This document shows positions 41,273-63,619 of a DNA stretch of 64,000 nt, one piece after another. This stretch comes from the human T2T-CHM13v2.0 reference genome, Homo sapiens: assembly GCF_009914755.1 (NCBI RefSeq), contig NC_060926.1; one strand, written 5' to 3'. The translations under genes and the position numbers were made by a program. The notes beneath the pieces were generated by a model that saw only the letters and a program-made list of their open reading frames with translations, had not been told where the DNA came from and did not search any database. How positions within the stretch are numbered: position 1 is the stretch's first letter; each line of letters begins with the position of its first letter.

Positions 41273-43197
41273 CACTTCCTTACTTTGGTTTAAAGTGTTC
41301 CATAAAATATTCCTAAGAGGAAAAACTTTAAATCATCATCATGCTGCTAGAATGTCAGCTCAACCCATGCAGATATTTTTGTCTGTTTTGTTCTACAGTG
41401 TATCTCAAGTGCCAAGGCCATTGCTTGCGATATACTGGGTGCTAAGTGAATATCTGGCCAGTGAATAAATGAATTGGCCACTGATATATCAATATGGATT
41501 AATTTATTCGACAGGTCAGCAAATTTGAGAAGACTGGGGACTTGGATCAGGAATATTTTGAAGGAAGCTTAGAAGAGGGAAAAGGCCCAGAGTGAAGGAT
41601 TTTTCAGATATTTGGAGGTTAAGAAAAAAGATATGACCACGAGGTGGCGGTAGCACACATAGGCTTTCGGGTTGATGCTTTAACAGGTTTACACTGGGGA
41701 AGGTCCTTTATAGCAGGAATTGGTCAAGGAGGCTATAGTGTGGAGATGGGGTCCTACTCAGAGGGGAAGGAGGGCAAGAGGACTCCTAGGAAAGAAGAGA
41801 ATTGGAAAGGGGGCTTACATGGCCAGGTGAAGTCACCCAGCAGCACAGCAGGGAATCTCTGGGTCAGAGAGCTCCTATGGGCTGCAGTGGCTTGAGGCCT
41901 TTATGGCTTGGGGCTTATCCTTGGCCAGCAGATATTGGATACAGTTTCATGGAGTATACAGAGCAGGCAGGTTCTAAATGGATTACCATAGGCTTATTGG
42001 GGCTATGTTTAAAGCAAGTGGATGTGCAAACATTTGAGTTTGGCTTGGTGGGGTATTCCAGGTCTGGTCTCAGCCTGCGGTGAGGAAATTAATAATCAAG
42101 GGGCCAGCACTTTATATAGCACAAGGCAGGGGCCATGGATTAGGAAATCCAGGCCTGGGGTTCATGCTTAAGTGAGGCTTTTGTTCAACTGGGAGGCGGT
42201 GCACAGGTGACTGGGAGGTGGAGGGGCTGAGATGGGAAAGAAAAGCACAGAGAGGGAAGACAAGCAAGCCTCAAGAGGATTGTGGCTTCTTCCGTCACTT
42301 CTGGGCCCGATCTACTACAACACTACAGAATCAAGGACAACTGTTTGAAAATTCAAGGCTGAATTCAGGTCTTTCATTGGTGAGTCAGAGTTTTCCTACA
42401 GACTCACTGGGGGGCCCTTGGCCAAGCAACCTCTCCTCCCTAGGCCTCAGTTTTCATAAAAGGAGGGAATTGAACTAGATATGTGTCTTCATCAGGCTGA
42501 CCTGCAGGAGCTTTTTACCAAAAGTGGCCTACCTCCTCCATCCAGAGGTTCTGATTCACTTGATCTGGGTGTGGGACAAGGACATCATGATGCCAGGGCT
42601 GAGGCCCTGTGGACCACATAGCTCCTAAGTCAGGGACCCTGAGGTCAAGTCCTCCCAGCTCTCCCACCTGGCCCTGGTAGTGTCTGTCAATACAATGGAG
42701 GGAGATGGTCTTTAACTTCAAAGAAAGGCCACTTACCGCATCAGCAGTACATTTTGACTACATGTTAATTTGGGTTGAAGGTAGAAGATTTTCTATTTTC
42801 TCAATCACAGGCTGGCTAAAACACATTTCAAGCTTCATTCTGGGGGGAACATAAATTGGCCTTCAACAGGGGGTGTCAAATTGGGGTAAAATTCTTGCAA
42901 ATCTTGGGGAAACCAAATAAGTTTTTGTTTTCTCTTCACATAACTATGAAATCCCTAGCCACAACAGCAAATCTCAACATGCTTGATATTCAGCCCAGTT
43001 CTCTCCATAAAAGTTTCTGGAGACAATGAAACTCATCTATTGGGTTCATAGCTTTAAACCTGAGAAAGCTTAAAAACAGGGAAGATTAGCTTTGACGTCT
43101 TGCCTCTGGGTCTCCTTCATGTGGAGCTAAAAGAGTAGTTCAGGAAATATCCACCAGGGGTCAGCATTTTGTACACACCTGACTGCTCTGGAAAGTG

Positions 43198-43336
43198 TTT
43201 TTGTTTTTTTTTTTTTAAATAGAAACGGGGTTTCACCATTTTGCCCAGGCTGGTGTCCAACTCCCAGACTCAAGCAATCCGCCCGCCTCAGCCTCCCAAA
43301 GTTCTAGCATTACCGTGTGAGCCACCACACCCGGCC
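43198..43336 (-). mobile_element. Alu left monomer (FLAM-like)
   Basis: Single ~130-bp arm with a T tract. Confidence 0.8.
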
Positions 43337-44598
43337 TGGAAAGAATCTTGACAAGGCAAATAATCAGTTTGGTTCATGCTCTCAAATTAGTGAAGGTCTG
43401 GTTTTTCAAGACTCTCTAGGTGTTTCACTCTAAGGAAAAATTTATTTTCATTCACCTATCAATCAAGCTGAGGTGGGGCCTGACTCCTGACAAGTATCCA
43501 AATGTTGCCTATTGCCAATGTCTAGTCTCCAAGGGGTGACACCCGAGAAATTCTAAGTCTTCTGTGCCTGCTTTAAAGTCCACTTCCTGTCATCCTGTTA
43601 TCTGTTGCAGACCTTTTACCTGTATGATTGACTGGTGTGTGGAATTAACACTTCCCTCCTCGGCCGGGGGAACACACCCACATGTTGGAACTCAGCACAG
43701 GAATCCCAACGGCGTGCCTACAAGGGAAATGCGTACTTTTGTGTGTTGGTGGGTAGTGGACAGAACTCGTAAAAGAGATAGATAAAATACCCAGGCACTC
43801 ACTACAGTGGGGAATGGATCTGTTCAGGGGCCAGCTATGCCTGCATTCTTTCCCAGGGACAGTTGACACAGTCAGATGACTCAGGAAACTTGATTTGCTT
43901 GGAGTCAGAGCAGAGGAAAGATCTTAGTGACCAGGGACCTCAAGCTGCCCCACCTGAGCGCTCCACCTCCACTCCAAGGGGCTTCCTGCCAAGAGATCAG
44001 TATGTCTGTGTGTAGAGTCAAGACACATCTTCCTTAGGCCACAATGGAGTCACACTGACATCTTCGCCTTCCCTCCTTGGCAGTATTTATTATAAGTCAC
44101 AGGAGTTTAGTTTTCTTTCAACTCAGGCCTGTGGTTGGAGCACAGGGAGCTAGGCTCGGGCTAGATCTTGCTAACCTAGTAGGCAATGGTAAGGATTCTA
44201 GTCTGTCCTAAAGCATAAATAGGCCTTGGACACTCTGAAATTTGTCCTTTCACCACCCCATGCTCTACTTCTAAGTGCTCTCTCTCCCCATCTGCACCCC
44301 CTAGTTCCTACAAAAATCTCCTCAAAGCGAGGCTCTTGGACAATTTGTTCCATGAAGACATCGAGCACGGTCCATACCAGCCCTCAATAACCCCCTCTTC
44401 TAGACTCCATGAGGACCTGTAGCCCAGACCCCTGATCTGCATGGCGCCTCTGGGGTCTTTCCAGAGGTGTATGTTTTAACCATCCCCTGAGCACCTTAAA
44501 GTAAAGATTCAGTGTTTTGCTGTTTGTGCTCCCTAGAGCACCTGGGCGCTTATCGGAAACTGATGAAAACTCACTGCCAACATATTCTGAAGTATATT

Positions 44599-45217
44599 CA
44601 TTCATTTATTTAATTTATTTATTTTTTTATTTTTCCATAGGTTAATGGGGTACAGGAGGTGTTTGGTTACATGTAGTAAGCTCTTTAGTGGAGATTTGTG
44701 AGATCCTGGTGGACCCATCACCCAAGCCGTATACACTGTACCCTATTTGTAGTCTTTTATCTCTCACCCCCCACCCACCCTTCCCCCCAAGTCCCCAAAG
44801 ACCATTGTATCATTCTTATGCCTTTGCATCCTCATAGCTTAGCTCCCACATATCAGTGAGAACATACAATGTTTGGTTTTCCATTCCTGAGTTACTTCAC
44901 TTAGAATAATAGTCTCCAATCTCATCCAGGTCACTGCGAATGCTGTTAATTAATTCCTTTTTATGGCAGAGTAGTATTCCACCTTATAGCTATATCTATC
45001 TATATATATATATCATATATCATATATAGATATCATATATATCACAGTTTCTTTATCTACTCATTGATTGATGAGCATTTGGGTTGGTTCCACGATTTTG
45101 TGATTGCAAATTGTGCTGCTATGAACATGCGTGTGCAAGTATCTTTTTCGTGTAATGACTTCTTTTCCCAGTAGTGGGATTGCTGAATCAAAGGGTAGTT
45201 CTACTTTTAGTTCTTTA
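44599..45217 (-). mobile_element. 5'-truncated L1PB-like 3' end with an internal (TA)-rich repeat
   Basis: ccataggttaatggggtacaggaggtgtttggttacatg motif. Probable TSD tgaagtatatt 44588-44598 / tgaaatatatt 45218-45228. Confidence 0.85.
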
Positions 45218-45460
45218 TGAAATATATTAGTTTAATATGCACTTCCCATTTTTTCTTCTCTCTTAGAATACTGTACCCCAGAGATACACCTGACTTATTT
45301 CTTCTTCCGCATTGAGGCCTCTGCACCCATGGCTCCTTATCAGAGAGGTCATTTTTGACCACCTTATCTAAAATAGCATTTGCCTCCTGAAAGCCACCTG
45401 TACCTCCTTTGCTTACTGTTTCTGTACTTTGCTTTATTTTTCTTCCTAAAAATGGTTACT

Positions 45461-45753
45461 GGGTGGGCACGGTGGCTCACGCCTGTAGTCCCAGCACTTT
45501 GGGAGGCCAAGACGGGCAGATCGCCTGAGGTCGGGAGTTCGAGACCAGCCTGACCAACATGGAGAAACCCCATCTCTACTAAAAATACAAACTTAGCCGG
45601 GCGTGGTGTTACATGCCTGTAATCCGAGCTACTCGGGAGGCTGAGGCAGAATCGCTTGAACCTGGGAGGCAGAGGTTTTGGTGAGCCGAGATGGCGCTAT
45701 TGCATCCGGCCTGGGCAAGAAGAGCGACACTCTGCCAAAAAAAAAAAAAAAAA
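45461..45753 (+). mobile_element. AluSp-like
   Basis: Complete Alu (gaccaacatggagaaaccc). Confidence 0.92.
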
Positions 45754-46869
45754 AGATTACCTTCTGCCATGCTATGTGTTTGTGTGCTTATTTAAGATTT
45801 TTTTCCTACTACATTTTAAGCTCCGTTAAGATAAGGGCATTTCCACCCACACCAGTGCCTGCTTATTAATTCAACAATCTTATTCATTGAGTACCTACTA
45901 TCGTTCATCTCCAGGTGCAGGAGACCATCCGCAGAGCACTCCCTACAGTGCTTAGCCATGAATGGAAACCAGCTGTCAGTAGTAGTATTTTTACATAGCT
46001 AATTTATATTCCCAGTTTTGTCCTTTTTTTGTGTATTGTGGGGCAAATTAGGAAAATAATAATTCCACTCCTGAGGTAGAATAACAGGGCCCCAGGGTAC
46101 AAATTGTGTGTCTCTGTGTTCACCCATGGTGTGTGAAGAAAGCCTGTAAGTCCCCACGCTCCTCCTTCTCTCTGTGAGAGCCACAAAACCGCATAGAGGC
46201 AGGTGTGGTGGAATTAACTGGGAAGAATGAACAATGTTCGAAATAGTGATTAAAGGATCATAGCAGAGCCACTGAATATGAGATGGCACTGTCAACACGC
46301 CCCAGCCTCACCACCCGACAGGGCAGGATCCCCAGGCCTGGCTTGCTGCTTATGATTGTTCTCTATCTGCCAGCCCGCAATGCCCACATTTCTGTTGCTA
46401 TTTTCTGTGAAGGATCTCACTTCTCCTGACCTCCTGCCACTTCAAGTGCATCCAGGGCTCACCTTTGGCTCTCCAAACACTGACCAAAGTTCTCTGCTAA
46501 ACACAGAGCCCATCCACTCCAGAAGGGCAGAGCTTTAAAATTACAGTTATCTTTAATATCAAACTCTTCGACAGAACTTGTACCCCTTTCAGACCAGGGC
46601 GAATCTCCTGACGAAAGTATGCCTCCCCCATGCCCCTTCTGAGAAACTCAATTCAGAAGATTGTGCTGCAGGGAGCAGAGGGGAAGGGGGCCAGCTCCAG
46701 ACAGAGCTGATTTTCAGATAGGCCATTTGCAAGTGGAAAGGGACAAGAGTCTCTAATTTGAAATCATAACTCTCAGGGATGAGGTCCAGCTACATCATTT
46801 AATAGCCAAGTGATTTTGAACCAGCTTCTGAAGCTTCCTGAAGCTCATTTCATTCATTTAGAAAATCAA

Positions 46870-47146
46870 GGCTGGGCACAGTATCTCATGCCTATAATCC
46901 CAGCACTTTGGGAGGCTGAGGTGGAAGGATCGCTTTAGGCCAGGAGTTCAAGACAAGCCTGGCCAACAGAGCAAGACCCCCCATCTCTACAAAAAAGTTA
47001 AAAAAATTAGCCAGCTGTGGAGGCTGAAGCAGGAGGATCACTTGAGCCCCGGAGGCCTGGCTGCAGTGAGCCATGATTGTGCCACTGCACTCCAGCCTGG
47101 GTGACAGAGCAAGACCTTATCTCTAAAATAAACAAAAAATAAAGAA
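46870..47146 (+). mobile_element. AluJ-like with an internal deletion in the right arm
   Basis: AluJ motifs (gaggatcacttgagccc, gagccatgattgtgcc). Confidence 0.85.
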
Positions 47147-47940
47147 AACCAAGATCATAATACTTCTCAGAGTTATTGTCATTATTAAATAACATGCAAA
47201 GTGCTCTGGGTAAAAGCTCACTATAAAACTGCTTGAATAAGGTTATAACCCAAGTATCACCAGATGTCTCCAGCCCGTGGGTCATCTGAATGTCCTGGTC
47301 CTGACTCAGCTCACCGTTAAGCCCCACACTACACCCTGACATGCCCCATGTACAGATTTTAAATGCTCAGTTGCATAAAGTTTGAGAAATATATACATTC
47401 ATTTAACTACCACCCCAATGAAAATGTAAAACATTTCCATAACTCCTGAAAATTCATTTATGTCCTTCTCTAATCAATTCCTCCCACTCAAGAGGTATCC
47501 ACTGTTCTAACTTTTATCCCATAGGTTGGTTGTGTCCTGTTTCAAACTTCACATAAATGGAATCATACAGTATGTACTATTTTACTTGGCTTCTTCCTCT
47601 CAACATAATGTTTTTGAGATTAATCCATGTTGTTGTGAGAAATCAACAGATTGTTCCTTTCTATTGTTGAGTAGTATTCCAACTTATGAATAAATCATAA
47701 CAGATTATCCATGGACTTTTGAGATGTTTTCAGTTTTTGTCTATGATGCGTAGAGCAGCTATTCTTTTATACCATTCTTCTTGTGGATATTTGTTTTCAA
47801 CTCTCTTGCTTTGAGTAAATGCCTAGCAGTGAAAGGACTAGGTCAAAATGTAGGTCAATTTACAAGAAATTGGCGACTTGTTCTCCAAGTTGTTGCATGG
47901 TTTTACACTGCTGTGAGCAAAGTATAAGAGTACCAGTGGC

Positions 47941-48311
<371 letters not shown>

Positions 48312-48534
48312 TCAATATTTGGTATTGTCAGTATTTTAAATTCTAGCCATTCTTATGAGGATGAAGTAGTATCTCTTTGAGGTTTGAATTTGTACTAAAA
48401 ATATTGAGCATCTTTTCATGTGTTTATTGGTCATCTGTGATTTTTTTAAATTGTAAAATGTCTGTTTAACCCTTTCAGCCATTATTTTATTTGAGTAGTT
48501 TGTCATTTTCTTATTCATTTATAGTTTTTAAACA

Positions 48535-55585
<7,051 letters not shown>

Positions 55586-56599
55586 AGGCCTAGGAGTGAA
55601 ATTCTGGGTCATACGGAAACTCTACGTTTCATGTTTTGAAGAATTCCCAAACTGTTTTCCAAAGTGGCTGCACCATTTTACAAACCTACCAAAAGTATAT
55701 GAGATTTCCAATTTTTTGCAACCTTGCCAATACTTGTTATTATAGGTACTTTTTATTATAGCCAATCCAGTACCTTATTGTGATTCTGACTTGTGTTTCC
55801 CTGATTGCTAATGAAGTTGAGCATCTTTTCATGTGTTTATTGGTAATTTGTCTACCTTAGAGAAATGTCTATTCAGATCCTTTGCCTATTTTAAAATTGA
55901 ATTCTTCTTTCAATGATTGGGTTATAAGTATTATTTATATATTAGATACAAGTCCCAGGGTTCATTTTTTTAATCATATATATTTCTAGTTGCTCCAGCA
56001 CTGTTTGTTGAAAAGGCTTTTCTTTCTTCATGAATTATCTTGACACCTTTGTCAAAAGATATGTAGATATATATTAGGACACTTTAATTCTGTTACATTG
56101 ATCTGTTTTTATATATTTATGCCATTCTAATTTGAAGGATTTCCTCACATTTCCTGTGATTTCTTGTTTGACCTATGAGTTATTTGGAAGTACATTGCTT
56201 TATTTCCAAACATTTGAATATTTTCTTACATAGGATATTATTATGGGTTGCTAATTTAGTTCCGCGGTAGTCAGGATCTTATGATTTCTTCCATTGAAAT
56301 TTAGAGATTCTTCTATAGTTCATGAATCATAAGTCTTGGTGAATACTCCATGAGCCGCTGAAAAGAATATGTATTTTGCCATTGGTGGTGTAATATTATA
56401 TGATGTCAATTTGGTCAAGTTGAACAATTATGTTGTTCAAATCTGTATCCTTAATAATTGTTTGTATATTTGTTTTATTAATTATTGAGAAATGGGTTTT
56501 ATCACGTCCAACTAAGTGGGTTTTCTGCTTCCATTTTTGCTTGACATATTTGGAAATTCTGTTGTTACATTCCTATACATTTAGGATTGTTATGTTTCT

Positions 56600-56955
<356 letters not shown>

Positions 56956-57760
56956 TGATAAATTGATCCTTTTGTCATTTTAATATGACCTTTTTTATTT
57001 CTGGTAATTTGCTTGTATTAAAGCCTACTTTGTCTAAAATTCATATTATATAGTATATTTTCCCTATACTTTTACTTTCAACTAGTCTGGGTTTTTATAT
57101 TTAACGTGTGTCTTGTAAACACAGTATAGTTGGGTCTTGTTTTCTTAGCCTATTTGACAGGTCTATCTTTTATTTAGGGTATTTAGTGTAATTATTGATA
57201 CATTTTCTATCTTGCTATTTGTTTTATGTGTCCTCCCTCTTCTTAATTTTTTCTTACTTCCCTGACCTCTCTTGGGTAAGCTATTTTTCAGTGATAATTT
57301 TTATATCTTCTACTGGATTTTAGTCTGAATTAATATTATAAAATATCATACACAACATAAAAATCTTACAATGTACTTCCATTTTTCTTCCCCTTCTGTG
57401 CTTTGTGCTTTTCTTGTTATACATCTTGCTTCTACAAATGCCACAAATCTCCCAAAATCTTACTATTTTTGCTTTAGTCAATGAACTTTTAAATAACTTA
57501 ATACAAACGTGAAAAAGTATTTTATATTTATCCATATATTTATCATTCCCACTGCTCTTCATTGCTTCACTGTAGATTATAATTTTTATTTAATATCATT
57601 CCCTTTATCTTGAATAATTTATTTACTTTTCATATAATACTGTCGGATTTTATTTATTTGAAGATGTCTTACTTCCTATTTACAAATTTTTTAGGGGATA
57701 AAGTCACTGTAAGTTGCTAGCTTTTTTCCTTTTAGCACTTTAAAGATGATATTCCATTCT

Positions 57761-58109
<349 letters not shown>

Positions 58110-58302
58110 TCATTCCTGTATGCAATGTACATTTTTTTATTTGGTTGCTTTTAAGAGTTTTATCTTTATCTCTGTTAAGTCAGTAACTGTGAAAGGGTCT
58201 GAGTTTTTATTCTGCTTGCAAGCTAACTAGATAACCCATCACAATTTCATAGATTCTAATAGAAGATGGTGGAAGACAATTTATTACTCACAGCAGCAGT
58301 AA

Positions 58303-58494
<192 letters not shown>

Positions 58495-58578
58495 TGAGCC
58501 CCACTTTCTACAGGGACTTGTGATGAGCTCCATATGTTACCTGAACACATAGTGAAGCACATTACGAAAAGGGACCCT

Positions 58579-58909
<331 letters not shown>

Positions 58910-59997
58910 TTACACAGGGGCTGTTGGCAAACCTGCCCAGGCTTCCCCCTGGAGGGCAAAAGTTGGGATGTCTCTTCATTCTGGGGTAATAAAGATACAG
59001 ATATCGCCTTCATTGATGTGGATTTATTTATATTCCTTTTGGCACTTTATTTAAAAAATGGTTATATTTCTGCTGAAATGCCTGATTTCTTTACCCGTTA
59101 TATCTATATTTTGCTGAAAGTGTTTTTTAACCATATTTATCATAGGTTTTGTTTTTAATTCCTTGTCTTTTGATCCCAATATCTTGGTCACCTGTGGGTC
59201 TATTTCGATTGATTTTTTTCTCTTGACTATGGCTCACATTTTCCTGCTTTTTTGAATGTCTAATAATTTTTTGTCATATGATGAACATTGTGAATGATAC
59301 ATTGTAGATGCTCTGCATTCTATTTTCCTTTGAAGAGTGTCAAGTTTTGTTCTAACAGTAAGTTAAATTATTGAAAACTCACCTTGGTTTTGTGGAGATT
59401 TGGTTTTGTGCTTTGTTTGGATGAATTTCTTTTGGTTTTGTCCCTAATTCTAGGGTATATCCCTTAATGCTGGGATGCAGTCTTTCCTGCTAAGGGGTGG
59501 TCATTCTAGGGTTTCAGTGGAAAGCACAATAGAACCAAGTCCCTCTCAGATGGTGGAACTTTCCCAGAGACGGTAACTAACTGCTCAGATCTCTGCTCAC
59601 TATTGATCTCCTTCAGGTTATCTAGATTCTTCCTCCTTGCATTGTTCATTCAGGAATCTGCCAAGAGTTTAAAGGAGTTTGCATGTAGTTGTTGGGCTTC
59701 TGTTCTTTGTGGCTCCCTCCTTCAGGATTTCCCCCCTCAAAGACATCCCACTCAGCCTCCCAAGTTTACAATTTACAAGTGTACCTCACACTACTGCTTA
59801 TATTCCCTGCTAGCTGCAAGCTCTTGGAGTTTTCAGTTCATTGTTTTAACCAGTGCTTGGCATATATACAGTAGGTGAATACTGAAGTGAATATTTGTAG
59901 AGTGAAGAAATGAACTAATAAGTTATAGGATTATTAAACCTAGCATCAGATCCCCATCTAAAAAGATTAAGCAGTAGTGTTGCACATTGATTTAGAG

Positions 59998-60506
59998 CAA
60001 GGGTCCCCAATCCCCTGTTCATGGCCTGTTAGGACCATGTTGGGGGTGGGGGATTGAGAGCAAAGCTTCATCTGTATTTACAGGCACTCCCCATTGCTTG
60101 TATTACCACCTGAGCTCCACCTCCTGTCAGATCAGCTGCGGCATTAGATTCTCATGGGAGTGCAAACACTATCGTGAACTGTGTGTGCGAAGGATCTATG
60201 TTGTGCATTCCTTATGAGAATCTAGTGCTTGATGATGTGTCGCCGTCTCCTATCACCCCTAGATGGGATTGTCTAGTTTCAGGAAAACAAGCTTAGTGCT
60301 CCCACTGATTCTACATTATGGTGAGTTATAAAATCATTTCATTATATATTACAATGTAATAATAACAGAAATAAAGTGCACACAATAAATGTAAGGTGCT
60401 TGAATCATCCTGAAACACCATCCACTCCCACCTCCCCTATCTGTGGAAGAATTGCCTTCCACAGAAACCAGTCCCTCCCTGGTGCCAAAAAGGTTGCAGA
60501 CTGCTG
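59998..60506. mobile_element. MER1A-like hAT-Charlie DNA transposon inserted in a MIR
   Basis: caagggtccccaa...aaaaaggttgcagactgctg termini and cctgtcagatcagctgcggcattagattctca core. 8-bp TSD atttagag 59990-59997 / gtttagag 60507-60514. Confidence 0.88.
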
Positions 60507-60807
60507 GTTTAGAGCATGGTCTTTGGGTCTTGCCTGATTGCCTGTCCGTGCGTCCTTGATCAGGTTACTCAGCCTCTCTGTGCCTCAGTTTCCTCATGAG
60601 GTGTAAAGCTTCCTAACTCATAGGGTTGCCGTGAGGATTAAATGTTTTAGGACAGCTTATTGCCTAGCACTCAATAAATATTAGGTGTTATCATGGTTGT
60701 TGCTGCTTGTAGAGAGCCTGGTCAGCTTCATTTTAGCAGCATCAAATCAAGAAATGGACCTCTCTAGGTTGCCAATTCCTAGGGGAGCTAAAATGTTCAC
60801 TAGATAT

Positions 60808-61330
60808 TGTGAATAAATGTGAACTTTCAAGAGCCAATTCTTCAAGATGGATCCTGAGTGGCTAACTCGGCCTAAATCTGTTTTATTTTATTTTATTTTT
60901 CCGTTTTTACATGTCAAATAACTGGACTGTATTGGTCTAAATTCAAAATAGAGCCAAGTGGTCACTTGCTGACTAAAGGTCACATATGCTGAGCTCTCTG
61001 GAAACCAGCACCTTCTTGTTTCTGGGATTTTCAGAGCTCACCTGAACCAACCAATCAGAGCTCACCTGCCTTGGCCAATCAGGGCTCAGCTGTATCACCC
61101 AGTCAGGACTCAGATGTATTGATCGATCAGAAGTTGGCCTTGTAAAGCAATCAGAACTAAGCAAATTTCAAACCTTCATTTGCACAGGAAACCTGTGTGG
61201 GACCATTTGCTATGAAACCCGAGCCTTCCCTTTGTTCTTTGGAAGGGCACCTTTGTTTTACAATAAAGGTTGTGCCTCTCCAGTTTACAAACTGCTTACT
61301 GGAAGATTCCTTCTGGAGAACTTTTATTCA
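60808..61330 (+). mobile_element. Probable ERV1-class LTR with repeated CCAAT units; subfamily not determined
   Basis: Repeated gagctcacctg...ccaatcag units and an AATAAA near 61262; boundaries approximate. Confidence 0.55.
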
Positions 61331-61679
61331 CAATATACAGGAAATATGGAATCATTTAACTCAAAATGTCATTATACGGTGCCTTACATAGTTACAGAAA
61401 TAGAAACCAGATAGTGCCATCAAGGGTGATATTGAAAAATAATAGCGTCTCGCCAATGACAACCTGTTCTGAGCTTATGTTTGCTAAAATAGATTGAGTG
61501 TAAAATCACAGCTATTTGCTTCTGTGCCACCAATCCCCAAACCAACTAGTGAATGTTCACCGTAAGCCAACAGTTACAGACAGGTGAAATTTGGAAATCA
61601 AATAATGCAACTTTTTCTTGTGCCCAGTGAATGGTAAATGAACAAGGGGTTTGTAGGGACTCCAGACAGTCCCTGTCAA

Positions 61680-62440
61680 GGCTCACGCGTATCTGGGGCG
61701 GGCCTCAGTTTCCGGTTCAGGTACTGGAAAAATAACCGGAGGGCTTTGCAGAGCCTGCGGCCCGGTAGCGCACAGGCCAGACGACGGCGCCGTGCGGGGC
61801 GCGCAGGAGGTACCCGGCCTGCCCGGCGGCCCAGCCCGGCGCCACAGCGGTCAGACCAGTCCCACAGCTTCGCCCCCGCCACCCCCAACCCCGGCCCGGC
61901 CTCAGCCCGCCCCTCCCCGCCCTGCGCCGCCGCCCGCCCGCCTGCGCTCCCGGAAACCGAGTCCCTCCTGCGAGCGCGCAGAGCCGGACTGGCCCAGCCC
62001 CCCGCGCGCGCAGCCGAGGCCCCGCAGCTCTCGCCGCCCCCAGCCGGCGCCTGGGCGCGGGGCCGTGGGGCGCGCGGGCCCGCGGGAGGCCGGAGCAGGA
62101 GCCCGGCGGGAAATGGGTAAGGGACCACGGGGAGGCCTGGGCCGGGCGGGGGCACCCCCGGCCGTCGCCGCCCTCGACGGTGACCGTGTGCCGTGCAGCG
62201 CTCTCGCCACGCCGGCGAGCACCTGCGGAGCGGCTGTCGCTGAGGGTTAGGGTCCCTGGAGCCGGAGAGAGGGTTGAGAGCGAGCAGGGGACCCTGAGGA
62301 TCCAGCCTAACCGAGCGGCGGAGACTGGGACGGCAAGGGGACGCTGTCTCCACTGAAGGAGTCAGCCTGGGCTCTCTCGCCGCGGGCGACTCCAGCCGCG
62401 CTGTTGGATCCTGGCTCCAAGCCCCGCTGGCTGGCGAGCA
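61680..62440 (+). promoter_or_regulatory. CpG-island promoter with a candidate first exon ending at 62116; by known gene order probably an upstream promoter of PSD4
   Basis: Very high GC and CpG density, GC boxes (cccgccc), donor ATGG|gtaagg at 62116/62117. The gene assignment rests on remembered synteny, not on sequence in this window. Confidence 0.75.
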
Positions 62441-63619
62441 GGAGGAGCCCTTAAAGCCATCCAGGTGTCAGAATCAGGCGACACTGAGGGCTTTGCTCCT
62501 AATCTGTCATGGCCCTGTGCCTCAGTGGTTTCTGGTGCTCATGACCAGGCCAGGCTGTGGCCCCGGCTTGGTGGGAGCTGCCCCCCCGGGACTGCACTGG
62601 GCTAGAGGACCAGGCAGCTCTTCTCTACCCCCTTGGGTGCTGGCCCTCCTCCTAGGTGTGTCTAGCAAGAAAGTATGAGAGATTTCTGGGAAGGTAAAAA
62701 GTGTCTGCACAGCTGACAAACTCATATCCCTCTAGGATTTCTTTTTGGCTCTAGAATTGTCTAGCTCATCTTTTCTGTAGGATGATGGAGCTAAGAATGT
62801 GAGTGAGTTCTTTGCTGGATTTTTCCACGCTGCAGGATGGACTTGCTGCTCTGGTCAATGCACTCGCCAGACCTCTGTGTCCATGGTCCGCATGTCTAGG
62901 TCAGGGGACCAGTATCAAAGTGAAGACTGGGCAAGTAAGCCCCACCTGCCCTTGAACCTCAGGCTTGGCCCCTCCCGAGGCCCAGAGCTGATTGAATGTT
63001 AATTAGCAACTAATTGGATGTCCATGAGACTCTCTACATAAAGAACACACCAAGGTCAGGTTTAGACAGTGTGTAGTGCCAAGTGATTCATTCTTTTCTT
63101 CCAGACGTGATATTTCCTGTATGTGAAGCATATAAAGAAGAGTCATTCATTCACTCATCTAGCAGATATTTACTGAGTGTCAACTACGAATCAGGCATGC
63201 AGGCACTGCGAATACTACTGCTCTTATTTGCATATGGGTTGGAAAGAGAAAATAAGCAAGTAAGCTGTTGAATGACATTATTTCAGAGAGCAATAAATGC
63301 TGAAAACACAAAACTGAAAAATTCCCAAAAAGAGGGATATGGGGCATGACAGTGAAACGTATAAGAGAAATTGGGCCTTAACTAGAAAGTGTAGCAAACA
63401 GACTTTCTAAATTAGGTGGGAAAATGGTCTCATGTTCAGGTCCTCAAAATCTAGGGGCACAGAATGAGGTGCCCTCTGTTCCTATCAGCAGGGAGTTATA
63501 AGCTGCTTATAAAGGATCAGTGAGAAATGAACTAGTGGTGAGTAGCCCCTCTCTAAGAGTATGTTTCTTATTGGGAAGCTTAAATCTAAGACAGAGATTA
63601 AGATTCCCAGAAAACATGG

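Noticed and set aside
61638-62353. Overlapping 106-225 aa Ala/Arg/Pro/Gly-rich ORFs on both strands
   Set aside because: Expected in a CpG island because stop codons are rare; no recognisable domain.
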